64,000 nucleotides of DNA from Octopus vulgaris (Eukaryota): positions 61,752,001-61,816,000 of the forward strand of contig OX597816.1 of the NCBI GenBank assembly GCA_951406725.2, in the 5' to 3' direction. The notes beneath the pieces are model-generated. The model made no database searches. It was not told the DNA's origin and saw nothing but the letters and a program-made list of their open reading frames with translations. This document shows, in pieces, positions 1-10,307 of this stretch; the first letter of the stretch is position 1; each line of letters begins with the position of its first letter. Position numbers and translations under genes: made by a program.

Positions 1-46
1 GAAAGAAAATAAATAAATGAATAAGTGGGAGGAGATAAATAAATGA

Positions 47-490
47 GTGAAAGTATATGCTGTTCCAAAGTTTATTTGTCTAGTGGCTGTAGCGAAAGAG
101 GTTGTATGGTGGACCCGTTTGAAAGGGCTAAAGACAGGCACTTTCCTCTTTGGCCAAGCCCTCATCAGCTTTTTCAAGTTTCACCTGAAAAGGAAGTTGA
201 GGGTGGAGAAGGAAGTATTGATTTGTATCAAGTTTGTTGAAAGGTGGGTGAATGTTAGAAGATTGGCCAATGTGAAAGGACCAATTCTGAGCGTGCACCT
301 GTAAACAAAAGAAGAGCTCTTGCCCTGTTGTTCAGGTACCCGTAACTTTTGTGGGTTTTTTTTCACAAGGTCCTTAATGCGCCTCCGCTCGTCGTAAAAC
401 CCATTGTATCGTCCTGTTTTTGTCTTCTATGTTTTTGTATGTCTCTTAACATAATGTTATGTACGCCCTTGTGGCTAATAAACGAATTAA
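47..490 (+). mobile_element. 3' end of a Tx1/L1-clade LINE (ORF2 C-terminus, 3'UTR, ATT tail)
   Basis: ORF 47-304 reads VAVAKEVVWWTR...FFKFHLKRKLRVEKE...FVERWV, matching the AK..VW..R...F..RW C-terminal pattern of Tx1/L1 ORF2; it is followed by a T-rich UTR, AATAAA (477-482) and (ATT)n. Confidence 0.65.
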
Positions 491-564
491 TTATTATTAT
501 TATTAGGGTTACTGGTCTTTACCCTGGTGGCCCGGGTTGTGTCCTCGCCATGGGAACAGTTATG

Positions 565-714
565 AAGGCGCAGCGAGCAGGCAGAACCGTTAGCATGTTG
601 GGTAAAAGGCTTAACGGCCTTTCGCCTGTCTTTAAATTCTGCCGAGGTGTACTTATTTCATCGACCCCTTTCGGGATCGATGAAGTAAGCACCAGTAAAC
701 CACCTGGGTCAATG
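565..714 (+). mobile_element. Degenerate tRNA-derived SINE (family 1)
   Basis: Similar to the copies at 8492 and 9881 (ggcgagc.ggcagaa.cgttagca ... ccgaggt ... cctttcggg.tcgat). Confidence 0.65.
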
Positions 715-839
715 ATGTTGCAGAAAAGATACTTATCATCACCATCATTATTATTATTCTTTTTGTTGCTGTTGTTATTTATGTTTCCTTTTCTTCTTAT
801 TGCAAAATATTAAACCTTTTGATCGGTAACTTCTCTCAA

Positions 840-1135
840 AAATTTGAAGTTAATAAAAAATAGGTTAATGAATTAAGAAATATATATTATTTTCTCAAAC
901 CAGGGATAATTTCCTCAAATTGATGAAAGTGAAGGAATAATTATCTCAAGAAATAAAGTTTCATTACAATCATCAAGATCATTCTTCTCTGGATAATTGC
1001 TGAACCATTATATCGGAAAGAACTCCATAGAATTTAAAGTTAAAAAAATAGGTTAAAGAACGAAAAAATAATTATATAACACAATTAAATCAGGGATAAT
1101 TTTCTTGAGTTAATGATATTGAACAAATAAAGTAT
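840..1135. repeat. Diverged ~190-bp tandem duplication
   Basis: aattt.aagtt..aaaaaataggttaa...cagggataattt occurs at about 841-940 and again at about 1032-1130. Confidence 0.55.
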
Positions 1136-3948
1136 TTAAACTATTACGAAGTTTAAGCATTAAAAAAAAAGCACAAAAAAAAACTAGCAAATGGGGAAAG
1201 TGATCCAAATTAAGATTTTTAGAATTTTTATTTAGCTATGATATATTATCAAGTGTTTAACGGGTAAAAGGATTGTCAGCCGAAATTTGAATACTTGGAA
1301 GGAAAAGTAAAAACAAAATACAGACAAACAAAAATGAAAACAAAACATACAAGAACAAAAAACCAAGCAATTAAACAAACAGACAAAACAAAAATTATAT
1401 ATCCATTTGAACAGACTTCTGCAACTAGAAATCCATTTTAAAATATGCGCTTCAAGCCTACAAAAATATTTAGTAAAGGAACAATGGAGAACTAATACAA
1501 TTAACTATAAAGCATGGACAGAATAAGACAAGAAGCTGTTTTCTGCTTTCTAGGAATTTAATGCATTTTAAAAACCAGTACGGTAGTAAGTAGTTGTAAG
1601 GGCCATGGAGTAATAAAGCTAATAGAAATGGATAAAAAAAAACTAAAATGCAAACTAGGTGTATCTGGGACTACATTATTTTATGTGTCCTTTCTTTGTA
1701 AGATGGAAACGGGGATCTTGTCCCACCTTTTTTAGGATCACCTTCGACTATTTATTTAATAACGATATTGTTTCTTTAGTAATGTTTTGTAACCAAGGAA
1801 AGTGCATCTTTGCCTGAATTCTTTGTATAATTGCTTGTATTTAGTCGCCCTGTGAAATGACACCTCATAATATGTGATTTCAGAGATTTGGATGCTATTT
1901 CTAGCATAATTAGCGTCCGTATAGAGGCTCACTTGTGCTGTTGCTAATATTTATGTTGTTTTCCCCAAATACACCTCACTAAACTACAATCATTCGTTGT
2001 AATTATCTCATCAGGCGTCTACTCTGCTACTACTTACCTCACGAAAGATAATTTAAATAAACTCCTCTTCCTCTCCTCCTTGTAGGGCAGGGGTTGATTT
2101 ATGCCACTAAATCGACCCATGTACTTCGCTAGTATTTTATGTTATCAACCACAATGATAAAATGAATGTGTAAGAGATCTATTATCATCAGAAATATCTA
2201 AGGATTTTCATGCGATCGTTTCTTTGGTAAGTTTTCTTTCAGTTACACTAGAAGAAAAGATAGAAATAAAAACAGGAAAGGAAAAAAAAAAGCAAAATAA
2301 AAGACGAATCAAGGAAAAGAGAGCAAATAATTAAAATATCATAAGTGTAACAGAAATATAGATAGAAGCAACACATTGAAATATAAAAAAAACAAAACAT
2401 CTTATTCAATCCATTAAAAAATATTTACAACACCAAATAACGGTGTACTCTGTTTTAATTTAATTCGGCAGAACAATAAAATCTAGAAAAAAAGGGAAAA
2501 AAAGCAAATGAAAAAAATGTAAAAAAATCTATAGCTTAACATACACCAGAAAAAAAAATCAACTTCTTTTGTGAAAGTTTCCAAGGATATTTTGAGACAA
2601 TAACTGAGCGACCTGCATCACCTTTCAGGTGAAAAGGTCAAACTTTTTCTCGAATATTCCTTAATAATAAAGATTAAGCTTACTAATTTTGGAAATTTGC
2701 CGTAAGGAAAGATTTCTCTCATCCAAGCATTATCATTTTTTTATTTCTTATATTTTTACTTTCTCTCTCTTCTGTACTTTGATTGTTTTGACTGTTGCCA
2801 TTTTTAGCTGTTGTTTTCTACAACTACTGAAAACAAAAAAAGATTTTGCGAAAGCCATCTCCTAAATATTCCTTTCTTTTGAATAACTACGCATAGGAAA
2901 CATTCTGTAATCATTTGATTCTAAAACTTCCGCCTTAATACTTCAATTTCCATTTTTACGATATTTACTTCGGTAATATTAAAACTAGAGAATAGATTTA
3001 ATTTGGAAGAGGATTATGTAAGAAAACCAATTTAGGAACTGGCCGTTCAGAAATCTAAAAGTAGAGTACGAATGGCAATAAAATTTAGAACATAGACAGA
3101 AATTATAAAGTTTATCTGCTAATCAGAATAATGTGGTGTACGGTGAGGTGAACTGGAAAATAAAATCTTACATATTGGTTTTTGAATTTGGCAGAGCTAT
3201 AGAAATAGCGTGGGAGATGTAATCATGCTGGTACTGATTTTATCGTCAACGGTAGGATGAAATACAAAGCCAAATTTAACAAGATTTGAATTCAAAATTC
3301 AAAATGGACAGAAGTAAAAAGCTCTGCCGAGTCAATGAATGAGTCTCTTATTGGTGTTTAAGCCTGCGAGAAATAGCAACTAAATTTCACTCGATTCGTA
3401 TCTTGCAGTTTCAGGAAACACTGGTTAAAATAGTTCAAAATAATAACAGAAAAAAAAACTAGAAAAAACCCCCCAAAACAAATGGGTGACATGTTTCTCA
3501 CGCCTTTGACTATAAGTCTGCATAATAACGGCAGACCCAGGGCTAAACTTCAACAACAGCAACTAAATAACAAAAACAACACCTATATATACATAGCGAT
3601 CTTGAATTTCTTCCTTTACAAGTTTAAATATTAATACTAATATTTATCATTGAGTATAAAAATCACTACTAGCACGGCAGTTAATTTACGTAATTTACGT
3701 CTAAAGCTCATTTATGCAAATTAAGCTATCCACTTCGGTAAGAGCTTAATTTATGGCTGTTTTATATTTAAACAGAATATTTTATGCTTTCGATTGGCAA
3801 AAAGATCGGACACGTTTCCTCCGAAGAGCTGCCAACAATCTGTGAAACTGTACGTCAGTCATCTCCCACTTTTTTTCCCTGCATATGGAAAGGCATGGAA
3901 TAAATGTATTCACATTCTTGTAATATCATATCGCAGCTAGGCTTTCTC

Positions 3949-3992
<44 letters not shown>

Positions 3993-4409
3993 CACACATA
4001 CACATATGCATTTGTGACAATCAACAACCTCACTGAAGAGCGTAAGAAATAATTAGAGACGCTCGCTCATTCTTATATAGCTAGTTAATAGGAATCGAAT
4101 AGTTTCATCACTGATACATAAATTTTATGCTTGTTAATCATTTTACGTAGTTCCTAATACATAAATCTTAATTAATGTAAGAACATTTTAACATGTTCAG
4201 TGATCATAGAATGCTATTTCATTTGCTTTCTAATTAATTTTGCCTGTTAAATGAAGACACTAATACAAATATATATATCCTATTATCAATTATTTAAATG
4301 TGCAATATTTGACTTTATAGCTGAATAACGTTTACTTATTTCCATCTCTTCAAATCACTTAATCTTATATCTTCAATAGACTTTCATTTAATTCAATTAC
4401 AATTATGAT

Positions 4410-4560
4410 TCTTGTCTAACACAGGAAATTCGATGGAAATGTAACAAAGTGTCAGCTATCCGCAACCAGCGGTTTAAGGTAACACTTTTCATTCAGATTT
4501 TCAGAAGTCTCCTGGCAATTCCTGCAGTTCCAAGCAATAATATTTTCTGTAAATACTCTT
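4410..4560 (-). mobile_element. R4/Dong-like retrotransposon 3' fragment (family D)
   Basis: Minus strand encodes EYLQKILLLGTAGIARRLL, the LQK..LLGTA.I.R C-terminal motif of R4/Dong ORFs, followed by a distinct putative 3'UTR. Confidence 0.6.
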
Positions 4561-4750
4561 TCACTTCACTACCGAGCGCAGCTCCGTGTGCCTTGGGTAT
4601 GTGCTGTGATTTGTTGTGATGCTCTGATGGTTATTGTATGGAAAGTGTTCTGCGTAGGATGTGTGCAGTGCCTAGTAGTGCAATTTTCTGTATGTTATAT
4701 GTGTTTATAAGTCCTGGTGTTTTTGTTATGTATTTGTCTGAATATTTTTT
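4561..4750 (-). mobile_element. R4/Dong-like 3' fragment (family B, copy 1)
   Basis: Near-identical to 8741-8930; encodes KKYSDKYITKTPGLINTYNIQKIALLGTAHILRRTLSIQ*; its 5' end abuts (TAA)n. Confidence 0.9.
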
Positions 4751-4754
4751 CTGA

Positions 4755-4820
<66 letters not shown>
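4755..4820. repeat. (TAA)n/(ATT)n microsatellite
   Basis: Pure ATT run between Dong fragment B1 and element X. Confidence 0.95.
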
Positions 4821-5373
4821 GAGTGAGAGAGCAGTGCATGCCATCGAAGTGACACTGGGCTAAAATATACGAAGCCCAATATACCCATCATGACTACCCG
4901 TCTGATAAGGGTACACCAGGCACATGCATCACAACCATATGTGCGCGACATGGTGATCTCATATCAAGATTAACAGCACATGACCATGCAGGTGGGGCCC
5001 AGTTAGAATTTTCTTCAGGTTGAGTAGCCCATCCCGCTCAAAAGGTCCCTGAATAAGGGTTGTTTAAGGATGTTGAAAGAACCACCCATGTTTCCAGAGG
5101 TGAATTATTCAAACCCCAAAGAATCCTTCTCAACACATGGCTATGATGCTCCCCCACTACTTCTGCTCGTGATCAGAGATGCACATATCGTCAGCCACTA
5201 AGGGACATGCTCAACTGGTTAAGGTCAAACAACTGACAAGCAAATCTGTGGTATTGAGCAGAATATTTGCTGTAGTCCATCTTTTATACCAATACAAAAC
5301 AATGTACATGATAACACTTCCAATCAGTTAAGATCAAAAGCCATGAGAGCCACTGCCCGATACTGCATCAGGG

Positions 5374-5375
<2 letters not shown>
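4821..5375 (-). mobile_element. 555-bp non-coding retroposon-like element X (copy 1) embedded in (TAA)n
   Basis: Same ends and length as 38066-38620; flanked by (TAA)n on both sides; no substantial ORF; strand inferred from the truncated copy at 7701 and from (TAA)n polarity. Confidence 0.85.
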
Positions 5376-5441
<66 letters not shown>

Positions 5442-5452
5442 TTATTATTATT
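5376..5452. repeat. (TAA)n microsatellite
   Basis: ATT run between element X and the 3'UTR of Dong family A. Confidence 0.95.
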
Positions 5453-7601
5453 CTATGTTTGACTTTTGCTTTATGTCTGTACAAGTTGGCTCCAAGTCTC
5501 ACCCAGAGACCTCAAGAGACAACAGGTTGGAAGTTCTGTGCCATATATTTGGGTTTTTTTTTGTGTGTTGTACTAGTGAATGTCTAATACATAAAAATAA
5601 AATAAAATAAAAAAAATAAATAAAATAAAATAAAATAAATAAAAAAAAAGTTTGTTTTAAACCTTGGGATTACATAGGGAGTATTTTGCGTAGGATATGA
5701 GCAGTTCCCATGAGCACTCTCTTTTGAATTTCTGCCATTTTGGGGTTTCCTGGTATCTGAGTTAGGTAGCAATTAATCCCTTTCGCTATCATTCCCAGGG
5801 CACCTATGACAACAGCTATTGTTTTAGTCTTCAGCTTCCACATTTTGTTGATTTCTATTTCAAGATCTTTATTATTTGCTCAGTTTTTGGTAGGTCTTGA
5901 CAGATACGTTTATATCGATTGGGACAGTCATATCAATGAGGAGGCATGTTCTTTGTCTGAAGTCTTTCAATATGATGTCTGGCCTATTTGCATCTATCTT
6001 CCTGTCAGTTTGAATGGTGAAGTTCCAGAAGAGTGAGATGTGGTCATTTTCATGCACTGGAGGTGGATTGTGTTCCCACCAGTTTTTTTCATGGGGCAAA
6101 TCCAGGTTTTTGCAAATTACCCAGTGAATATATTGTGCAGCTCTATCATGCCTGTTGAGGTACTCTGTTGGCGCTAGAAGACTGCATTTGGAGACAACAT
6201 GATCAATGGTTTCATTTTGTTGTCGGCATACACGACATGTTGGGCTACTGCCGTTCTTTAATATGTTGGCCTGGTAGTTTCTTGTTGGTAGGCATTGATC
6301 TTGAGCTGCTATGATAAACTCCTCTGTTTCAGATTTTAAGCCAGAGGCCACTAGCCATTGATGGGTCAGGGCTTTGTCAATATCTGCATTATTCACTCTC
6401 TTTGGGTATTTGCCATAGAGAGGTTTTTCTTGCCATTTATTATTCAGAATATCTAAGGCCGCAGTTTTGGCACGGGTTTTCATGCGCTTAGCTTTTTCTG
6501 TGCTTGTTTCTTGTATGTCTATCTCTAATTCCGAAATTGGTTGTATTCGGAATTCACTTAGATATTCCTTTGCCTGTTTTGTGACTGAGTATGATGCTTT
6601 CTTGTTTTCATGTTTTGAGACAAGTTTTAACATCCAGTCCTCAGAGTTTTTCAGGTAGGTGTCTAGGCCAATTGTAGCAGTCTTCATTGTTATTGCCAGT
6701 TGTAAAAGACCACGGCCTCCCTCTTTTCTTGGCAGATAGAGTCGTTCTGTATCTGCCTTAGTGTGGTGCATTCTATGCATTGTCAACAGTTTCCTTATTT
6801 TTCTGTCGAGCTGACATATTTCAGTAATTGACCAGTTAATATTGAAACTGTAAGTCACGACTGGTATAGCTAATGCATTGATCACTTCGATCCTGTTTCT
6901 TGCATTCAGCTCTGTCTTGAGTATTGCTCTAACTCTTCGATAGCATTCTCTCCTGATCCTTTCCTTCATCTCTGAATGCCTTATTCCGTTCCCTTCAATT
7001 ACCCCTAGGTACTTGTAGCTCTCCGCTGGGTCTAGTTCTTTTATGACATTCTGCTGGTCAAGGTTAACGTTTGATGTTTCTGTCATTTTTCCTTTGATAA
7101 AGGTAGCTTTTGCACATTTATCGAGGCCGAATTGCATTCTGATGTCGTCACTGAATTGTTTGACTATCGCTAGTAAGCCCTTGAGTTGTTGGTCATTTTT
7201 TGCAAAAAGCTTTAAATCATCCATGTAAATGAGATGATTTATATTTTTATCAAACATTTTATACCCATACTGCGCATCATTGAGCAGCTTTGAGAGAGGT
7301 ATTAAGGATAAACAAAAGAGGAGTGGTGACAGTGAGTCACCCTGGAAAATGCCACACGAAAGTTTTACATCACCAGCAGTTAGGGATTCATTGTCACTGT
7401 TCAGAATTAGTGTGGTTCTCCATGATCTCATACTTACAGTCAAGAAGTTTCGCAGAGTAGGTGCTATCTTATACATTTCCAGGCATTTCCTAATCCAGCT
7501 ATGTGGTAGGCTATCAAAAGCCTTTTTATAGTCTATCCAGGCTATTGATAAGTTTTTGTGTCGTTTGTGACAATCTTCTAAGATCATCTTATTGATGAGT
7601 A

Positions 7602-7603
<2 letters not shown>
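5453..7603 (-). mobile_element. 5'-truncated R4/Dong-clade non-LTR retrotransposon (family A) inserted in (TAA)n
   Basis: RT, CCHC and RLE coding region plus about 215 bp of 3'UTR; bounded by (TAA)n on both sides. Confidence 0.93.
5670..7603 (-). pseudogene. Reverse transcriptase / CCHC zinc knuckle / restriction-like endonuclease (R4/Dong), N-terminally truncated, one frameshift
   Basis: Motifs WIDYKKAFDSLPH, GIFQGDSLSPLLF, YMDDLKL, YKYLG, GGRGL, CRVC-x5-ETIDHVVSKC, RHD, RPDII..D...LIDMTVP; a +1 insertion near 5872 makes a stop, and the ORF resumes as KDLEIEINKMWKL...LMGTAHILRKILPM* ending at 5670. Confidence 0.93.

Positions 7604-7700
<97 letters not shown>
7604..7700. repeat. (TAA)n microsatellite
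   Basis: Pure ATT run. Confidence 0.95.
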
Positions 7701-7919
7701 GAGTGAGAGAGCAGTGCATGCCATCAAAGTGACACTGGAGTACAAATATACCAAGCCCAGTATACCCATCATGACTACCCGTCTGATAAGGGTACACTGG
7801 GCACATGCATCACAACCATATGTGCGCCACATGCTGATCTCATTTCAAGATAAACAGCACATGACCTTGCAGGTGGGACCCAGTTAGAATTTTCTTTTGG
7901 TCGAGTAGCTCATCCCGCT
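7701..7919 (-). mobile_element. Element X, truncated copy retaining the (TAA)-adjacent end
   Basis: Matches 4821-5039 and starts at the same gagtgagagagcagtgc boundary directly after (ATT)n. Confidence 0.85.
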
Positions 7920-8140
7920 TTTTACCATCTTTATTTCATTTGTTTACTTTTTTTATTTCCCATTTTTCCTTTTTCTCTCTGTCTTCCCCCTTTTCTCTGT
8001 CACATGACTTTGTAAATGAGCAATCTGGTGTGTTTATTTCAATGGCCTACCAATGTTTATAGTACGTTTCTCTGGCCTACGTATCAGCAAGATACTCGGC
8101 AAGAAATGGAAAGAGAATTGAAAGAAGCTGCTAATGAAAA

Positions 8141-8238
<98 letters not shown>

Positions 8239-8257
8239 TTACTACTATTACTACTAA
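8141..8257. repeat. (CTA)n microsatellite
   Basis: Direct inspection. Confidence 0.95.
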
Positions 8258-8459
8258 TCTCTACTATAGGTATAAGGCCCGAAATTTTGGGGATGGGGAC
8301 TAGTCGATTACATCAACTCCAGTGTTTCACTGGTATTTAATTTATCGACCCCGAAAGGATGAAAAGAAAATTCGACTTCGGCGGAATTTGAACTCAGAAC
8401 ATAAATATCACTGAGCGTATCGCCCGGGATGCTAACGATTCTACTATTTCGCCGCCTTA
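8258..8459 (-). mobile_element. SINE family 1
   Basis: Reverse complement shows the GGCGGCGA..AGAATCGTTAGC head, GAGTTCAAATTCC B-box, cctttcggggtcgataaa core and ggcctt.t.cctatagtagag tail. Confidence 0.8.
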
Positions 8460-8491
8460 ATGATGATGATGATGATGATGATATTATTATA

Positions 8492-8700
8492 AAGGTGGCG
8501 AGCTGACAGAATCGTTAGCCCCGCCGGAGAAATTGCTCAGCAGCATTTCGTCCGCCTTTACTTTCTGAGTTCAAATTCCACCGAGGTCGACTTTTCAGGT
8601 CGATTATATTAAGTACGCGTTGTGTACTGGTGTCAATATAATCGAATATCCACCTCCCCACAAATTCCAGGCCTTGTCCCTTAGTAGAAAGGATTGTTAT
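8492..8700 (+). mobile_element. SINE family 1
   Basis: Head ggtggcgagctgacagaatcgttagc (A-box like), B-box gagttcaaattcc, tail ggccttgtcccttagtagaaagg followed by (ATT)n. Confidence 0.8.
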
Positions 8701-8713
8701 TATTATTATTATT

Positions 8714-9600
8714 CAGTAGTTTTATTTTTATAGCGTGCTTTCACTTCACTACCGAGCGCAACTCTGTGTGTCTTGGGTATGTGTTGTGATTTGTTGTGAT
8801 GCTCTGATGGTTATTGTATGGAAAGTGTTCTGCGTAGGATGTGTGCGGTGCCTAGTAGTGCAATTTTCTGTATGTTATATGTGTTTGTGAGTCCTGGTGT
8901 TTTTATTATGTATTTGTCTGAATATTTTTTTATCATGCCTAATGCACCTACTATGATAGGAATTGTTTCTGTTTTCAGATTCCACATTCTGGTTACCTCT
9001 ATTTCCAGGTCTTTGTATTTTGAGAGTTTCTCCATTTCTTTTAGAGACACGTTGTCATCTGCCGGTATTGATACATCAATTAGAAAGCATTTTTTTCCTT
9101 CATGATCTCTGACAACTATATCTGGCCTGTTGGCCTTAATTTCTCTATCTGTGTGTATCGGCATATCCCAGAGTATGGTTGCTTTCTCGCTTTCTGTGAC
9201 CTTTTCTGGTGTGTGCCTATACCATCTTTTTTCTGTTGTTATTCCATAATGTTGGCATAGCTTCCAATGTATGTAGGTTCCAACTCTGTCATGTCTGTGA
9301 ATATATTCCTTCTTAGCCAGGACTGGGCAGCTAGAGATAATATGATTTATTGTTTCTTGTCCATCTCCACATATTCTGCAGTTACTTGTTATATTTCTTT
9401 TCATTACATGTTTTTGGTAATTTCTGGTGGGGAGGCTTTGGTCTTGTGCTGCAATTAAAAATCCCTGTTTCTGCTTTGAGTCCTGAGCTTCTCAACCATT
9501 GCTGGGATTTTTCTTTGTCTATTTCTTTTGCGTTTAGTTTAGACCAGTATTTACCATGAAGGGGCTTTTCTTGCCATCGTTTTACCATGGTTCGTTGCTG
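8714..9600 (-). mobile_element. 5'-truncated R4/Dong-like retrotransposon (family B, copy 2) in (TAA)n
   Basis: KPLHGKY...WL..SGLKAET (frameshift near 9460), CRICGDGQETINHIISSC, RHD, RPDIVVRD...LIDVSIP...EKLSKYKDL...LLGTAHILRRTLSIQ*, about 95 bp of 3'UTR, (TAA)n at both ends. Confidence 0.92.
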
Positions 9601-9618
9601 TTATTATTATTATTATTA

Positions 9619-9671
<53 letters not shown>

Positions 9672-9687
9672 GTTGTTGTTGTTGTTG

Positions 9688-9865
9688 AAGTCGTCGCACA
9701 GTATTCAATATTATAATGTTGTAGATTGAAGATATTGTGTGTACCGGGGATTTGTAGTCTGTGAAGTCATCACAAAGATCCCAGACAGACAGTAGTTTAC
9801 ACAGTACGCGTGCACTTCCAAGTAAATCCCAATTTTACAATGCCGCAAGATCATAGAGTATTTCT
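9688..9865 (-). mobile_element. R4/Dong-like 3' fragment (family C)
   Basis: Minus strand encodes LLGSARVLCKLLSV (LLGTARILRK.L motif) plus a distinct 3'UTR, between TAA/CAA runs. Confidence 0.6.
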
Positions 9866-9880
9866 ATTATTATTGTTATT

Positions 9881-10250
9881 AAGGCGAGCACGCCGGGCAA
9901 AATGCTTAACAGCATTTCGTCTGCCGTTACGTTCTGAGTTCAAAATTCCGCCGAGGTCGACTTTGCCTTTCATCCTTTCGGGGTCAATAAATTAAGTACC
10001 AGTTACGCACTGAGTCGATATAATCGACTTAATCCGTTTGCCTGTCCTTGTTTGTCCTCTCTGTGTTTAGCCCCTTGTGGGTAGTAAAGAAATAGGTATT
10101 TCGTCCGTCTTTATGTTCTGAGTTCAAATTCCGCCGAGGTCGACCTTGCTTTTATCCGTTGGGACTGATAAAATAAATACCAGCTGATCAATGGCGTCAA
10201 TATAATCGACTTTTTCCTCCTGGTCTTGTGCCGCAATTTGAAACCACTAC
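9881..10250 (+). mobile_element. Tandem or nested pair of family 1 SINEs with different 3' tails
   Basis: First unit ends ...gccccttgtgggtagtaaagaaata (about 10095); the second resumes mid-element at ggtatttcgtc and ends ggtcttgtgccgcaatttgaaacca. Confidence 0.8.
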
Positions 10251-10255
10251 TGTTG

Positions 10256-10307
<52 letters not shown>

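Noticed and set aside
4895-4920. CTGATAAG in element X as a hammerhead core
   Set aside because: No following stem II-GAAA-stem III; it is the loop of a simple hairpin
4631-4951. 106-aa ORF with poly-I, and the similar ORFs at 7584-7832 and 37831-38196
   Set aside because: Chimeric read-through of the end of element X, (TAA)n and an adjacent fragment; the frame is not conserved between copies
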